Translations under genes and position numbers: made by a program | Source: Euglena gracilis | Lineage: Eukaryota | DNA length: 20,000 bases | Reading direction: 5' to 3' | NCBI GenBank assembly: GCA_039621445.1 | Contig: CP154954.1 | Span: forward strand, 29,096,338 to 29,116,337 | Notes under the pieces: model-generated | What the model saw: only the letters and a program-made list of their open reading frames with translations | What the model was told of the DNA's origin: nothing | Database searches by the model: none | Shown here: positions 10,620 to 20,000 of the stretch, in pieces | Position numbering within the stretch: position 1 is the stretch's first letter | Layout of the letters: each line of letters opens with the position of its first letter

Positions 10620-10780
10620 AGGCGCCTTGCGGGCGGGAGAGCCCCGCGGTGCCGCGGGCCGCCCGGCCAGCGGCCGGCGCGGGGGCCAGGCATCGCCAGG
10701 GGCAGCGCAGGCCCATCAGGGCGCATGGGCCCCACCGCGTAGGGGGGCGGCAGGCACCGCGTCACGGGGCCATGGGGCTG
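10620..10780 (-). CDS. Possible first exon of gene B (Arg/Ala/Gly/Pro-rich, transit-peptide-like, e.g. MGLRCPWRCLAPAPAAGRAARGTAGLSRPQ)
   Basis: GC-rich island. It is followed on the minus strand by G13 (10606-18) that could pair with C13 (9547-59) just before the P-loop exon. Start codon and frame uncertain. Confidence 0.35.
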
Positions 10781-11415
10781 GGGCTGGGCGCGAAAGCAAC
10801 GTGTCCCCGTCTGCCGTCGGCCAACAGCAATGGAAGGGGGGCAAAAAAAACCAAACAAAAGTGTGCGAGAAGAAATTTTTTCAACGAGCAACTGTGTGGG
10901 GCGACAGGCATTCACTGCATTTGACGCACTGTACTTTTGCTTGTCGGGTGGCGGCAAATTATTCAAAAATAATAACAAGATTAAATTATTCTGGAACTGA
11001 GCCTTTCCCCTGTGACGTTTTTGCAAGCATGCAACGTTGGAAAGCACCTCTGAAAAAAAAATAACGAAAATCCCGTGTCTGAGGACCGGAAAAGATGGAT
11101 AAGGACCAAGGGGGGGTTGCTTTGACAAAGGAAAAAACCTTACTCCAAAAAAATCCAGCGCTTCGCGGCGAAAAATATCTGGTTTCTGGGGCTCACTGTT
11201 GAACTTACTGGCACGTGGATGGAAAAAAAATCAACAATATCTCACCAAATCAGACACCAGAAATTTCTGAAATATATAAATTTTCGAGGAATTTATCTTA
11301 AAAATGCAAACAAAATAATAAGCCTCCTGAGAAGATGACCTTCAAATCAGGGTAAAGACCGGGGTGGTGGTGTTTTGACAAGGGTGGTGCTTATTTCCTT
11401 GCTTTAGACAAGAGG

Positions 11416-12149
11416 CAGGGGGGGGGGAAATGCGCCGGACGGCCCTCGGAAAAAATGCGCAAAAATGCGCAAAAAAATGCGCAAAAAATGCGCTGAGTTT
11501 GTGACATTCCTAAGGGAAAAAGGACTTAGAAAAATTTCCAACAATAAACCCAAAATTAAACCAAAATCACCAAAAAGAGCTGAAATGAAGGCATTTTGGC
11601 CAAAAAATGCATGACCAAGGTGTCACTCTCCGTTCACCATAACCAACAATGTCAGCCATGGTGCCCCTTACTTGTGACCAGGGGAGTGGGAGTCCCGCCT
11701 TGGTTACGTGTCAATGTGGGGTCTCTGAAACCCCTAGTGTCCTCATCGTCATTGGATGAGTACCCACACCTCATCACCCAAGGGTTTTCTCTTGAGGCCG
11801 GTCCCTTGGGTGGAAAAAAAGTGCGAAAATGGGTTCGTTGGTTACAGAAATGGGCCAGTTGATCGTGGGCAAAATTCGGTGAGCATGTGATTTGGGTGGA
11901 AAATGTGCAAAAATGGCAAAATGTGCAAAATTGGGCAAAAAAATGCGCAAAAATGCGGAAAATGGCAAAATGTGCAAAATTGGGCAAAAAAATGCGCAAA
12001 AAATGCCCAAAAAATGGAAAATGTGCAAAAAATGGGGGGGGGATGTACAAAAAATGCGCAAAAATGCGCAAAATTTTGAAAAATTGACAAAAATGCGCAA
12101 AAATGCGCAAAAATGCGGAAAAATGCGCAGCGCATTCCCCCCCCCCCTG
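11416..12149. mobile_element. MITE family 2, 734 bp, with subterminal AAAAATGCGC tandem arrays
   Basis: TIR CAG(G)nAAATGCGC / GCGCATT(C)nTG; flanks CAAGAGG / CAAGAGG(G), a 7-8 bp TSD. Confidence 0.85.
11820..12130. repeat. ~10-bp minisatellite (AAAAATGCGC / AAAATGTGC / AAAATTGGGC) inside MITE family 2; shorter array at 11451-11492
   Basis: Directly visible tandem units. They explain the repetitive K/C/A and F/A/H ORFs in the track. Confidence 0.9.
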
Positions 12150-12253
12150 CAAGAGGGAACACAAAAAAAATCGTGCTTGACGGCTTGAGCCCACCCCTAC
12201 TTGCATGTCCTCTGCAAGCTGGAGTCCACCAAAATTGACATATTGGCCTCCCC

Positions 12254-13179
12254 CAGGGATGTATGGGAAGCGAGGGGTCTGGACCCCCCACCCAAGATGG
12301 AGTTGGACCCCCCCTCCCACCTCAAAACTGAAGAGGGCCAGGAAAATTTTCGGTTTTGCGGACGGGCAAACGCCCGGAAACTAGACCGAAATTGTTGCTG
12401 AATTTTTCTTCAAAAATGAATACAAAAATGCTTTTTTGACACATTCTTTTTGTGGAAAACAACAGAAATCAAAAAATGTGCATGCAATATGCTCAAAAGT
12501 GAGGAAAAAAAGACTTTTTTTTTTAAATCCACTTTCATTGCGCGCTGGAAGAAAATATTCGCTAATTTTTTTATTTTTGGAATCTGTCAAGAAGAGGGGG
12601 CACCCCCTCCCAACATCTAGGGAGAGGGTGGTCTGGACGTCCCCCCCCCCTACCACCTTACCCCTCCCAGAGGGGGGGGGGGTTGGGACAGGTTTTGTGT
12701 ACTGCTGAGCTCTTTACGTGCCTGATGGTGCCATGCCGTAGCAGATGTCTGAGGCATGTAACTGCCAGGGCGGACCTTCGGCCCAACCTGGCAGCCCGGC
12801 CCAGCCCACCTCAATGTGGCAAACCGGAGGAAGCGGCCCATCCCAGCAATGGCGGCCCAGCGGCCCGGCGGCTCGGCCCAGCCCGTTTCCAAAACATCTC
12901 AGAAATGAAGCAAAATTAAAGGAAATGTCCTACGACCTAAAATAAAGCCCTTGTTGGTCCTATCCAATGGTACTTTGATTTCCCCGCAACTCCAAGGTGA
13001 GCCCGAGTTCTGGCCATTTTGAAGCCGTTTGGCTCCACATCTGTACTGTTTTGGGTTCTACCCCCCCTTTCCCCCAGTGGTAAACTTTGCTCTTGCTCTA
13101 AAAATGTGAAAGCTCAGCGAACCCCCCCAACCCCCACTACCACCAACCTCAAAACCGAAGTGCTTCCCATCTGTCTGAG
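12254..13179. mobile_element. Probable MITE family 3 (possibly nested), right TIR partly decayed
   Basis: Left CAGGGATGTATGGGAAGC vs right GCTTCCCAT+9 nt (same length as the expected TIR); flanks GCCTCCCC / TCCTCCCC (7/8); internal repeat ACCTCAAAAC(T/C)GAAG. Confidence 0.5.
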
Positions 13180-13771
13180 TCCTCCCCTTATTGACCAGAG
13201 TTCATGGCACATTTTAAAAGAAAATTAACTTTATTGGCAGCAAACAGGGATGATGGCCTCATTGGGCCGCACAATTTTGGAGCGGGAATTGATTTGCTGC
13301 CCATACTCCTGTGTCCTCATCGCAGTGCAGTCGCTGCAGCCCTCTCCCCAGACAATATGGCACCGTGGGACAAGAATTATATACAAAGTAAAATGACTTT
13401 TGCAACAAGAACCACCCATGAAAATGATTGCAATATGGGGTGATTTTGGTCATTTTACCTGTTATTTGGCCAAATTTGAGTAGTTTTGCCACTACATCTC
13501 ATCGCGTCTATGCCAATGACCACATCATCTGTCCAAAAAAAAAAGCTAAACGCAGCCGCAATACATCAAATGCCAGACCATTGTGCCAATGGCGCACACA
13601 TTGATTCACGACGTCCGATGATAGTGGCACACAGCGTCTGGAGCACTTCCTCCCCATGCATACATAAGAGAGCGGGCCACCTCGTGCTGCAGGTGTGCCA
13701 CCCAGTCGAACGTTACCGGCAAAACTGGTCACGGTCCTCGCGGATGGTGTGAGTGTGTGGGCCAAGGATGA

Positions 13772-13845
13772 CTATCCGATCCCCTTCCCGGACACGTAGC
13801 GCACCACGGCTGCATCGTCGTCGGGCGAGACGAAGATCAACCTTT
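13772..13845 (-). CDS. Gene A terminal coding exon (KRLIFVSPDDDAAVVRYVSGKGIG*)
   Basis: Acceptor tctcttcctctgcgccacag (phase 1) fits the upstream donor; TAG ends at 13772. Confidence 0.75.
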
Positions 13846-15604
13846 CTGTGGCGCAGAGGAAGAGACACAATAGGATGCAAAGCCGTACGCCCCTCAGCTG
13901 AAATGAGTGACCCCACCCAATAGACTTCGGCTGCCCAAATAATATCCCCCCCCACACTGCCGTGAAAGGGAAAAGGCACAAGGAGAAAAATAACAAACAT
14001 CGATGAAATTTGGTCAGAAATTATAACAAAAATCTTTTCAAAAAATCATTGTTTTCAAAAATATGACTTGTGCAAAAATCACCGAAATTGCTTGTAGACC
14101 AATCTTTGACTTTTGAAAATTTGCCCAGATGATAAGTTTTTTTTTTTAATTAACCCCCCCCCCTTCAGCAGGTGTGTATGAAAAAGTCTCGTTGGGGGTT
14201 CAGACCCCCCACCCGGGAGGTGGGGAGTAACCCCCCACCCATTACAGAACCACACAAGGAAAATATCCTTCGGCACCGAAAAAATAAAATTTTGTCCTAA
14301 AGATCGACGCCCCGGAAATACGGGAAGGCCTGGTGGGGGGGGAGCCTCCTGAGGGTGGGGTCCCACCCACCACCCATTTTGGGGTTTGGGGATTCCCATA
14401 AAGCCCTGTCCCCTGGACCCTGACTTTGGGTGTCCAAACAATTTACTGTACTGGGGGGCTTTGGACCATTGCACTGACTGGGACCCCAGAGCGGCGGACT
14501 TGTGGTTTTAACACCAGAACAATTCCATTTTTCTTTGAGCCGTGTGGTCTTTTGTGACTGGCTCAGACAGGGCCGAGAGCCATTTTTTTTTGCTGAACAA
14601 CGTCGCGGCAATTTTGAGCAGCACAAAACACACGTTCCCCCCCCCTTTGTTTGTGTACCCTCTTCTGAAACATTGTGGAGGTCAGCCAGGGGGAGCCATG
14701 AAGAATTAAAACTGGTCAAAATTCAGTTATGGCTCAATTGCAACGCACCCATGTCGCATATTCATGTTGCAAAAATGGGGCCAGAGGCGGCCAGAAAGTA
14801 GCAAACCCTTGTCGCACACCATATGGGACACCCAACTGCAATGCATACAAAAATCTGTGCAACGAATCAGCACGGGTTGTTTCAACAATTGGGAATTAAA
14901 AATGGCTCCAAAAACTGGACGGTTTTGGGGGGGATGGAGGGATTTGGGCACTTCCGCCAGAATCAACAAAAAGTGGTATTGCGTCTCTTGAAAATCATCA
15001 ATTCAAAAAATGGCAGACAAATTTGCATGGTTTCTTTGGCCAGGAAATAGTTGGGCATTTTTTGGCCGAACCAATTTTGTACTCGACGCCCACCCACCGT
15101 ACCCCAGAGAGTGACCCAACTATTTTGCTTAATACAAAATGCACTTAAGGCGGTGCCCTTCTGGGATCTCCATGACTTTGGCCCTAAACCCAGCTGCTTT
15201 GGTTTCACTGGCTCCAACCCAAAGCTCAAATATAAAACATCCATGCTCTTTTGTGATGGCATTGATAAGACGTTGCTTCAGCTTTTGTTACAGTTGCGTG
15301 CTTGCAGCTGCACACCGTTTCTACCTTCTCTTTCAAATCTGGTTGTGTTGCAACCAACCATCCAGACCCGATTGCAACCAAAACAGGTTGGCGTTGTTGT
15401 CTGGTTCCCACTGTGGCCTGCTTTTGACGGGAGCACGGGGCGTTTGGTGGGTTATGGTCCGTTTTTTTTGGGTTATGGCTTGGTGGGTTGGCCTGTGGTA
15501 GGTTTGCGACCACTTCCTTATATGAGAAATAGAACGGCCGCAAAAACACCAGTTCCCCCCCCCCGAGAAAACTTAATTGCCTGAAAAGATCAACCCAACA
15601 CGAC

Positions 15605-16069
15605 ACTTGCTAACCCCCCCAATATTAGGCCCCCCCCCCCCAATGTAAAGCCCCCCGGGGGTTTGGTTTTGCCGCCCAAATATAAAGCCCCCCCCCAAAT
15701 ATAAAGCCCCCCCGGGGGGTTTGGTTTTGCCGCCCAAATATAAAGCCCCCCCCCTGACGCGGAGCCAGACGCTGGTGTCATTCAGGAAAAAGTGGAAAAA
15801 TTTTGGGCAGATACACCATTTTTTTTCCACCAAAAATGCTCCATTTTGGATTAAAAAAATGCACATTTTGTGAAAAATAGGAGGCAAACAGCGAAAATTT
15901 GGCAAAAATTGGTGTTTGGCCACAATTGATGGCCGCTGAAAGTCATAGAGGCCACCCCAAAAAGTTTGATCCCCCCCCCAAATATAAAGCCCCCCCCCTG
16001 AGGGTGTTGAAATCCCGTCCGAATATAAAGCCGGGGGGGGGGCTTTATATTTGGGGGGGTTTATCACGC
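15605..16069. mobile_element. Fold-back MITE-like element built from AAATATAAAGCCCCCC units, inside a gene A intron
   Basis: At least five direct copies (15677-16033), an inverted copy GGCTTTATATTT (16041-52), and imperfectly inverted ends. Confidence 0.7.
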
Positions 16070-16408
16070 AGCCTTTATGACTGCCTATTTTGCCTGCGGT
16101 GGGCACCCACCGAAGCCGCGCTTGGCCCAGGCCATGATTGAAGGTGAGGCCGGGGGGCCAACCTTGGGGGGGGGGAGCAAATTTGCAAGTCAAGAATTTT
16201 GGCGGCCATGTGCAAAAGGGCAAAGGCCAACTTCAGGGGGGCCAAGTTTGTATTTAAGGAGGAGGGAGGCCAAGCGTCAGGGGGGGGCCAAGCGGTGCAA
16301 GTATGCCCCTCTGTCTGTCGGAATCCACTTGACCCTCCCCCCCAAGAACGTCAGGGCCAACCCCCCGCCCCCTCAAGGGGAGGCGACAGCAAGAGGACAA
16401 CGGCACAC

Positions 16409-16516
16409 TTCGACAGGCGAGCCGGTCCTCCAGGCTGAGGAGGTGGGCCGCGTCGTGCAGCTCGACCACCACCAGCGTGTCCACGTCCACCGTGGCCGCC
16501 GACCCTTCCGCCAGCA
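16409..16516 (-). CDS. Gene A exon (VLAEGSAATVDVDTLVVVELHDAAHLLSLEDRLACR)
   Basis: Branch-like gctgac, pyrimidine tract and cgcag acceptor (phase 1); donor GTGTGC (phase 1); 108 nt. Confidence 0.85.
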
Positions 16517-17712
16517 CTGCGACGCGGGCGGGAGCGGGAACGGGTCAGCAATGTCCCTCACCCAAGCCCGGTTGGAACACCTCTGTGTGCCTCTCTGGGA
16601 CACAATCTGGGGTCTGGAGGCGTGAGGCGGGGAGTGAGGCCGGGCATTGAAGCAAAAACAATGACGTTCTGCACGTCTTGGTTCTCTCAGAATTATGATG
16701 AAGTATACCGATTGTTTTGACCCCCACTGACCCAGAAATACAAAAAGGCGATTATTTCACATTTTGTGGTCAAAATTCGAAAATGAGGACCCTCAAATTT
16801 CATCTTCAAAAAATCATTTTTGGTGAGAAACAGCGAAATTTTCGAGAAACATTTGTCAGGTGACAGGTCAGCGAGTACGTAGGTTGGTGACAGGCCCCCT
16901 AGTCCCTCAGGTCAATGAGGACAGGGCTTAGATGACAGTTTCCCGAGGATTATAGTTTCCTGGGGGTAGGTAGGTATGAAATGGTTTAAAATCAAGGCAT
17001 TAGGGCCTAACCCCTTCCAAATAAAATCACCCTGCACCGACTGGCAAAATATCCAAAATAAGACCCCCAATAGAACCCCCCCCGTGACGGCGGAAATTGC
17101 TGGAGACGGTGAAAGAATCCCCTGAAAAATTACCAAAAAAGACCCAATTTCAGCTGCAAAAAAATGATGGAATTTGAAAATTGGGGTTTTGAAATCAAAA
17201 AAAAATACAAAAAAATATCAACCGGTCATATTTTTGGGTCCGTTGCTGGAAACTTCCAGGGGAGTCTAATTTTGGGGGGAGATCTTATTTTTGATTTTTT
17301 TTTGAAAAACACTGAAAAATTCCTTTGGCTCTTCGCGCCGGGGACCAAAATCATCGAAAATGTGAAAAAAGCGAAAAAAGTTGCCAATTGTGCAAAAAAA
17401 AATCACCAAAACTTTGAACCCCCAATTCCGCCCATTTTAAACCTTTTTCGCCCCTCAAAATCCGGAATCTGTTACCATCCAGCAGCCCTTTGGGAGATTG
17501 CAAAATAAATAAAATTCGGGGGAGAGGGGGATCAAATTTGAAGATCAAATCTGATCCAGGATGAAGGGGACGCCGTAAACTCCTCGGCCCAAAAGAAAAT
17601 GCTCCATTTCACCAAAAATTTGCAAAAAAAGGGCAACAGTTCAAGGGGCAGAGAGGGGGGGGGAATAATGGGGGCAAAGCAAAAAAAATAATACGAGTTC
17701 GCTGGCACACAC

Positions 17713-17813
17713 CGCAGCGCAGGGAATCGTCCACCAGCAAGACTGCCCACTCATCACCACCGCCGTCGGCGTCTCCTACACTGCACTTCACGAAGCTGTC
17801 CACCTCGAACTGC
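17713..17813 (-). CDS. Gene A exon (QFEVDSFVKCSVGDADGGGDEWAVLLVDDSLRC)
   Basis: Acceptor ttctttctcaacag (phase 2) and donor GTGTGT (phase 1); both phases fit the neighbouring exons. Confidence 0.85.
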
Positions 17814-18216
17814 CTGTTGAGAAAGAATGGACAATTTGCAATTATTTGCAATTGCAAATTGTGTATGAATCACGCATTGACGCTGTGTGAATTAAAATGT
17901 GTGTGTCTGAAAACAATGAAAGAAATTGAAGATAGCTTCGCAACACACGCTTGTGAAACCACCAGATTTAATTGGCCACCAATTGACCATATTGAGGTTT
18001 AATTTGTTCCAATTTTTCAATATTTTGGTGACATATAATTTTTATTACTCTTTGCTGTTCCAGTAAAGGTCAAACTTTTCTCACATGTCATCATCGTCGT
18101 AATTTTTTTTGTAAACCCATGCTGCAGTGTGAGGCAACTGTTGATTCATTCACCGTTGGGTGCCGCGTCCAAAACGTGCGTGCGGCGGCATCGGCATGGC
18201 TGCCGCGGGGCCACAC

Positions 18217-18354
18217 CGGTCCTCCACGGAGCCAGCCGCCCTCGTGGCCTGGAACCAGTGGCAGCCCCGGCCCTGCACGTCGGCCAGCAGGAGGGCGTGG
18301 ACGGCGGCGGACCGGGCGTACCACGCCATGCGGAACGCGCTGTCCAGCAGCCCG
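18217..18354 (-). CDS. Gene A exon (GLLDSAFRMAWYARSAAVHALLLADVQGRGCHWFQATRAAGSVEDR)
   Basis: Coding-like frame within ORF 18150..18476. Ends at a phase-2 GTGTGG donor that matches the next acceptor phase. Confidence 0.8.
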
Positions 18355-18834
18355 TCCCGGGAGGGCGGTGGCTGGACTGGGGAAATGGGCCGGGGGGGGG
18401 GGATGAGTGCGGCAGTCCCCAGGGGTATGGAATGGTGGCACGCAAGGCAAACGAGAATCTCGCTTCCACCAGCCATAATGAGGCGATGAGTGAGAAGGTG
18501 GACACCCCAAACGTACCATGCAGGGAAATAAAAAAGATCGCCAAAAGGATGGAAAAAATCCTTTTCTGGGGTGAAATTAAAAAAATCACAGGCAAATCAC
18601 ATATGAATTTTTTTTAAAAAAAATCCCAGCGAAGTCGAAACTAACAAGACTAAGAGTCATTGCAAAACGTGTGCAGGAAGACCATAAACACATGGGCGTG
18701 CCTTGACAAACTGCAAGAGCTGGACCAAGAACTGCTGCGACCAAGATTGACGAACACTCCGGAGACCATCGCAAAAGCAAATGCTCAGAAAATGTGCCAT
18801 TTGTGCCGGGGGGGGGTCCACCGCCGCCCTGCCG
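18355..18834 (-). other. Non-conventional (paired-end) intron of gene A
   Basis: 5' end CGG-CAGGGCGGCGGTGGAC is complementary to 3' end GTCCAGCCACCGCCCTC (about 14 pairs). Splicing gives in-frame QLLAGLLDSAF. Exact boundary uncertain by a few nt; a GT-AG alternative (18821-18372) exists. Confidence 0.65.
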
Positions 18835-18926
18835 GCCAACAGCTGTGCCAGGGCAGCCAGCCGAGCCCGGGGCCCGGCGTCCGCCAGCACCACCAGCTCG
18901 TACCGGCGCCGGGGCGTCCCCCCGCG
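18835..18926 (-). CDS. Gene A, first exon visible in the window (RGGTPRRRYELVVLADAGPRARLAALAQLLA); unknown protein; upstream exons lie outside the window
   Basis: GC-rich open frame after ctccag (AG 18928-27). An alternative non-conventional start at 18941 follows CTG+CCCCA, also in frame. The 3' boundary is set by the stem of the next intron. Confidence 0.65.
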
Positions 18927-19010
18927 CTGGAGCCGGTACGGTGGGGCAGGGCCGGGGCTCGGGCCGGCGACTCAGACGCCCCCGTCAACACCTGGTGTGC
19001 TGGGGGGGGA

Positions 19011-19320
19011 TAATAGAATAAATTATAATTGAATTCAAAAATTAAACAAACAATAATATAAACAAATAATAATATAAATATAAACAATACAAATACAAAC
19101 ATAAACATAAAATAATAATATAAACATAAATATAAATATAACATAACATAAATAACACAAACATATAAACATAAACATAAACAATAATACAAATATAAAC
19201 AATAATATAAATGATGTAACATACATATATGTATATATATGTATACGACATGAATTAGCATATAATATAATGTATGATAATATAATAGATGATGCATCAA
19301 TATGGAAAATAGACCTAATT
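19011..19320. repeat. AT-rich low-complexity tract, degenerate (ATAAAC/ATA)n
   Basis: Abrupt shift to near-pure A/T with occasional C between GC-rich flanks. Confidence 0.9.
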
Positions 19321-19481
19321 ATTTGCCGGGGGCTAAGGTGCGCGAAGGGTTGGGCCGGAAGCCGGTCGTTTCTGTTGCAGTTCCCCAGGGATGCTCACGC
19401 AAGGGTTTTGATTTGTGGCTCCCGTCTGACACTTGGAGACGCACGCATCGTGGGAAGCAGGGTTCCCACAGAGAGCAGAGC

Positions 19482-19921
19482 CAGGCTTCTTCTTCTTCTT
19501 ACCAACCCCCGGGGGTGCCTTGTGCTTTGGGGTGCCTGCCCCAGGCCGTTTTTTGTATCAACCGCCGGGGGGGGGATCCGGAGTGCCTGTGAGTGCCTAC
19601 CCAGGCAGGCACCCCCCCCCCCCCCGGAGGGGGTCGGATTTCGGCCTGTGCCCAGGCGCATTCCTGTGAAAATACGCCATTTTTGGCTCCTTCGGCGCCG
19701 GGGTCTGTGCCAGGGCACTTTTGGCCGTGTGCCCTACCCCCCCACCCCGGCCCGGGGGTACCCCCCGGGGGGGGTCAGATTGGGAGTGCCTTGGAGTGCC
19801 TGTCCAGGCAGGCCCCCCCCCCCCTGGGGTGGGGTCGGCACCCGACTAAAATACAGCCCTGGTGCCTGCCCATAGCAGGCGCCCCTCCAGGGGGGTGCGA
19901 CTTTCCTTAAACAGAAGCCTG
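19482..19921. mobile_element. MITE family 1, copy 2, 440 bp, with 8-bp TSD
   Basis: TIR CAGGCTTCT/AGAAGCCTG; flanks AGCAGAGC / GGCAGAGC (7/8); internal repeats GTGCCTG...CCAGGC. Confidence 0.85.
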
Positions 19922-20000
19922 GGCAGAGCCCCTCGCTCCCTTAAGCGCACTTCCAAACCAGGCAAACCAGGGAAAATTGCATGCAGGTGTTGGTGAAAAT

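Noticed and set aside
11095-11390. Imperfect direct repeat (GGATAAGGACC...TTTGACAA) as LTRs
   Set aside because: Only about 35 bp with no LTR hallmarks; probably internal to an undefined MITE.
11652-12320. Repetitive F/A/H- and K/C/A-rich ORFs; possible CRISPR-like array
   Set aside because: Translations of a tandem minisatellite with no unique spacers.
15041-15583. CAGGAAATAGTT...AACTTAATTGCCTG as MITE termini
   Set aside because: Imperfect match and no TSD.
16695-16731. Box C/D snoRNA motifs (ATGATGA...CTGA), also at about 8466-8488
   Set aside because: Spacing too short, no terminal stem.
19035-19300. Hydrophobic Y/I/L/C-rich minus-strand ORFs
   Set aside because: Translations of the AT-rich low-complexity tract.

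Overview
Eukaryotic genomic DNA, most consistent with a euglenid. GC-rich minus-strand exons are split by conventional introns (GTGTG...AG) and by non-conventional introns whose ends base-pair (CAG...CTG type). Gene A (3' part, 5 exons, 18926->13772, stop TAG) encodes an unrecognised protein. Gene B (~10780?->4899) encodes a TTD14/AAA_28-like P-loop NTPase, apparently followed by a HAD-like region; its reading frame is broken by small indels. The left end holds a degenerate hAT-like transposase (~4900->2100), itself interrupted by a MITE, and a gag-like ORF that runs off the window and is absent from the ORF track. Several MITEs have CAG...CTG termini and 7-8 bp target-site duplications (TSDs). 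Main hypothesis: the window shows a continuum from hAT transposase, to CAG...CTG MITEs with 8-bp TSDs, to non-conventional introns. The 3+5 nt such an intron carries outside its paired ends would remove exactly one 8-bp TSD; the intron at 6915-7393 still shows a decayed copy. All calls are by-eye; no searches were run.
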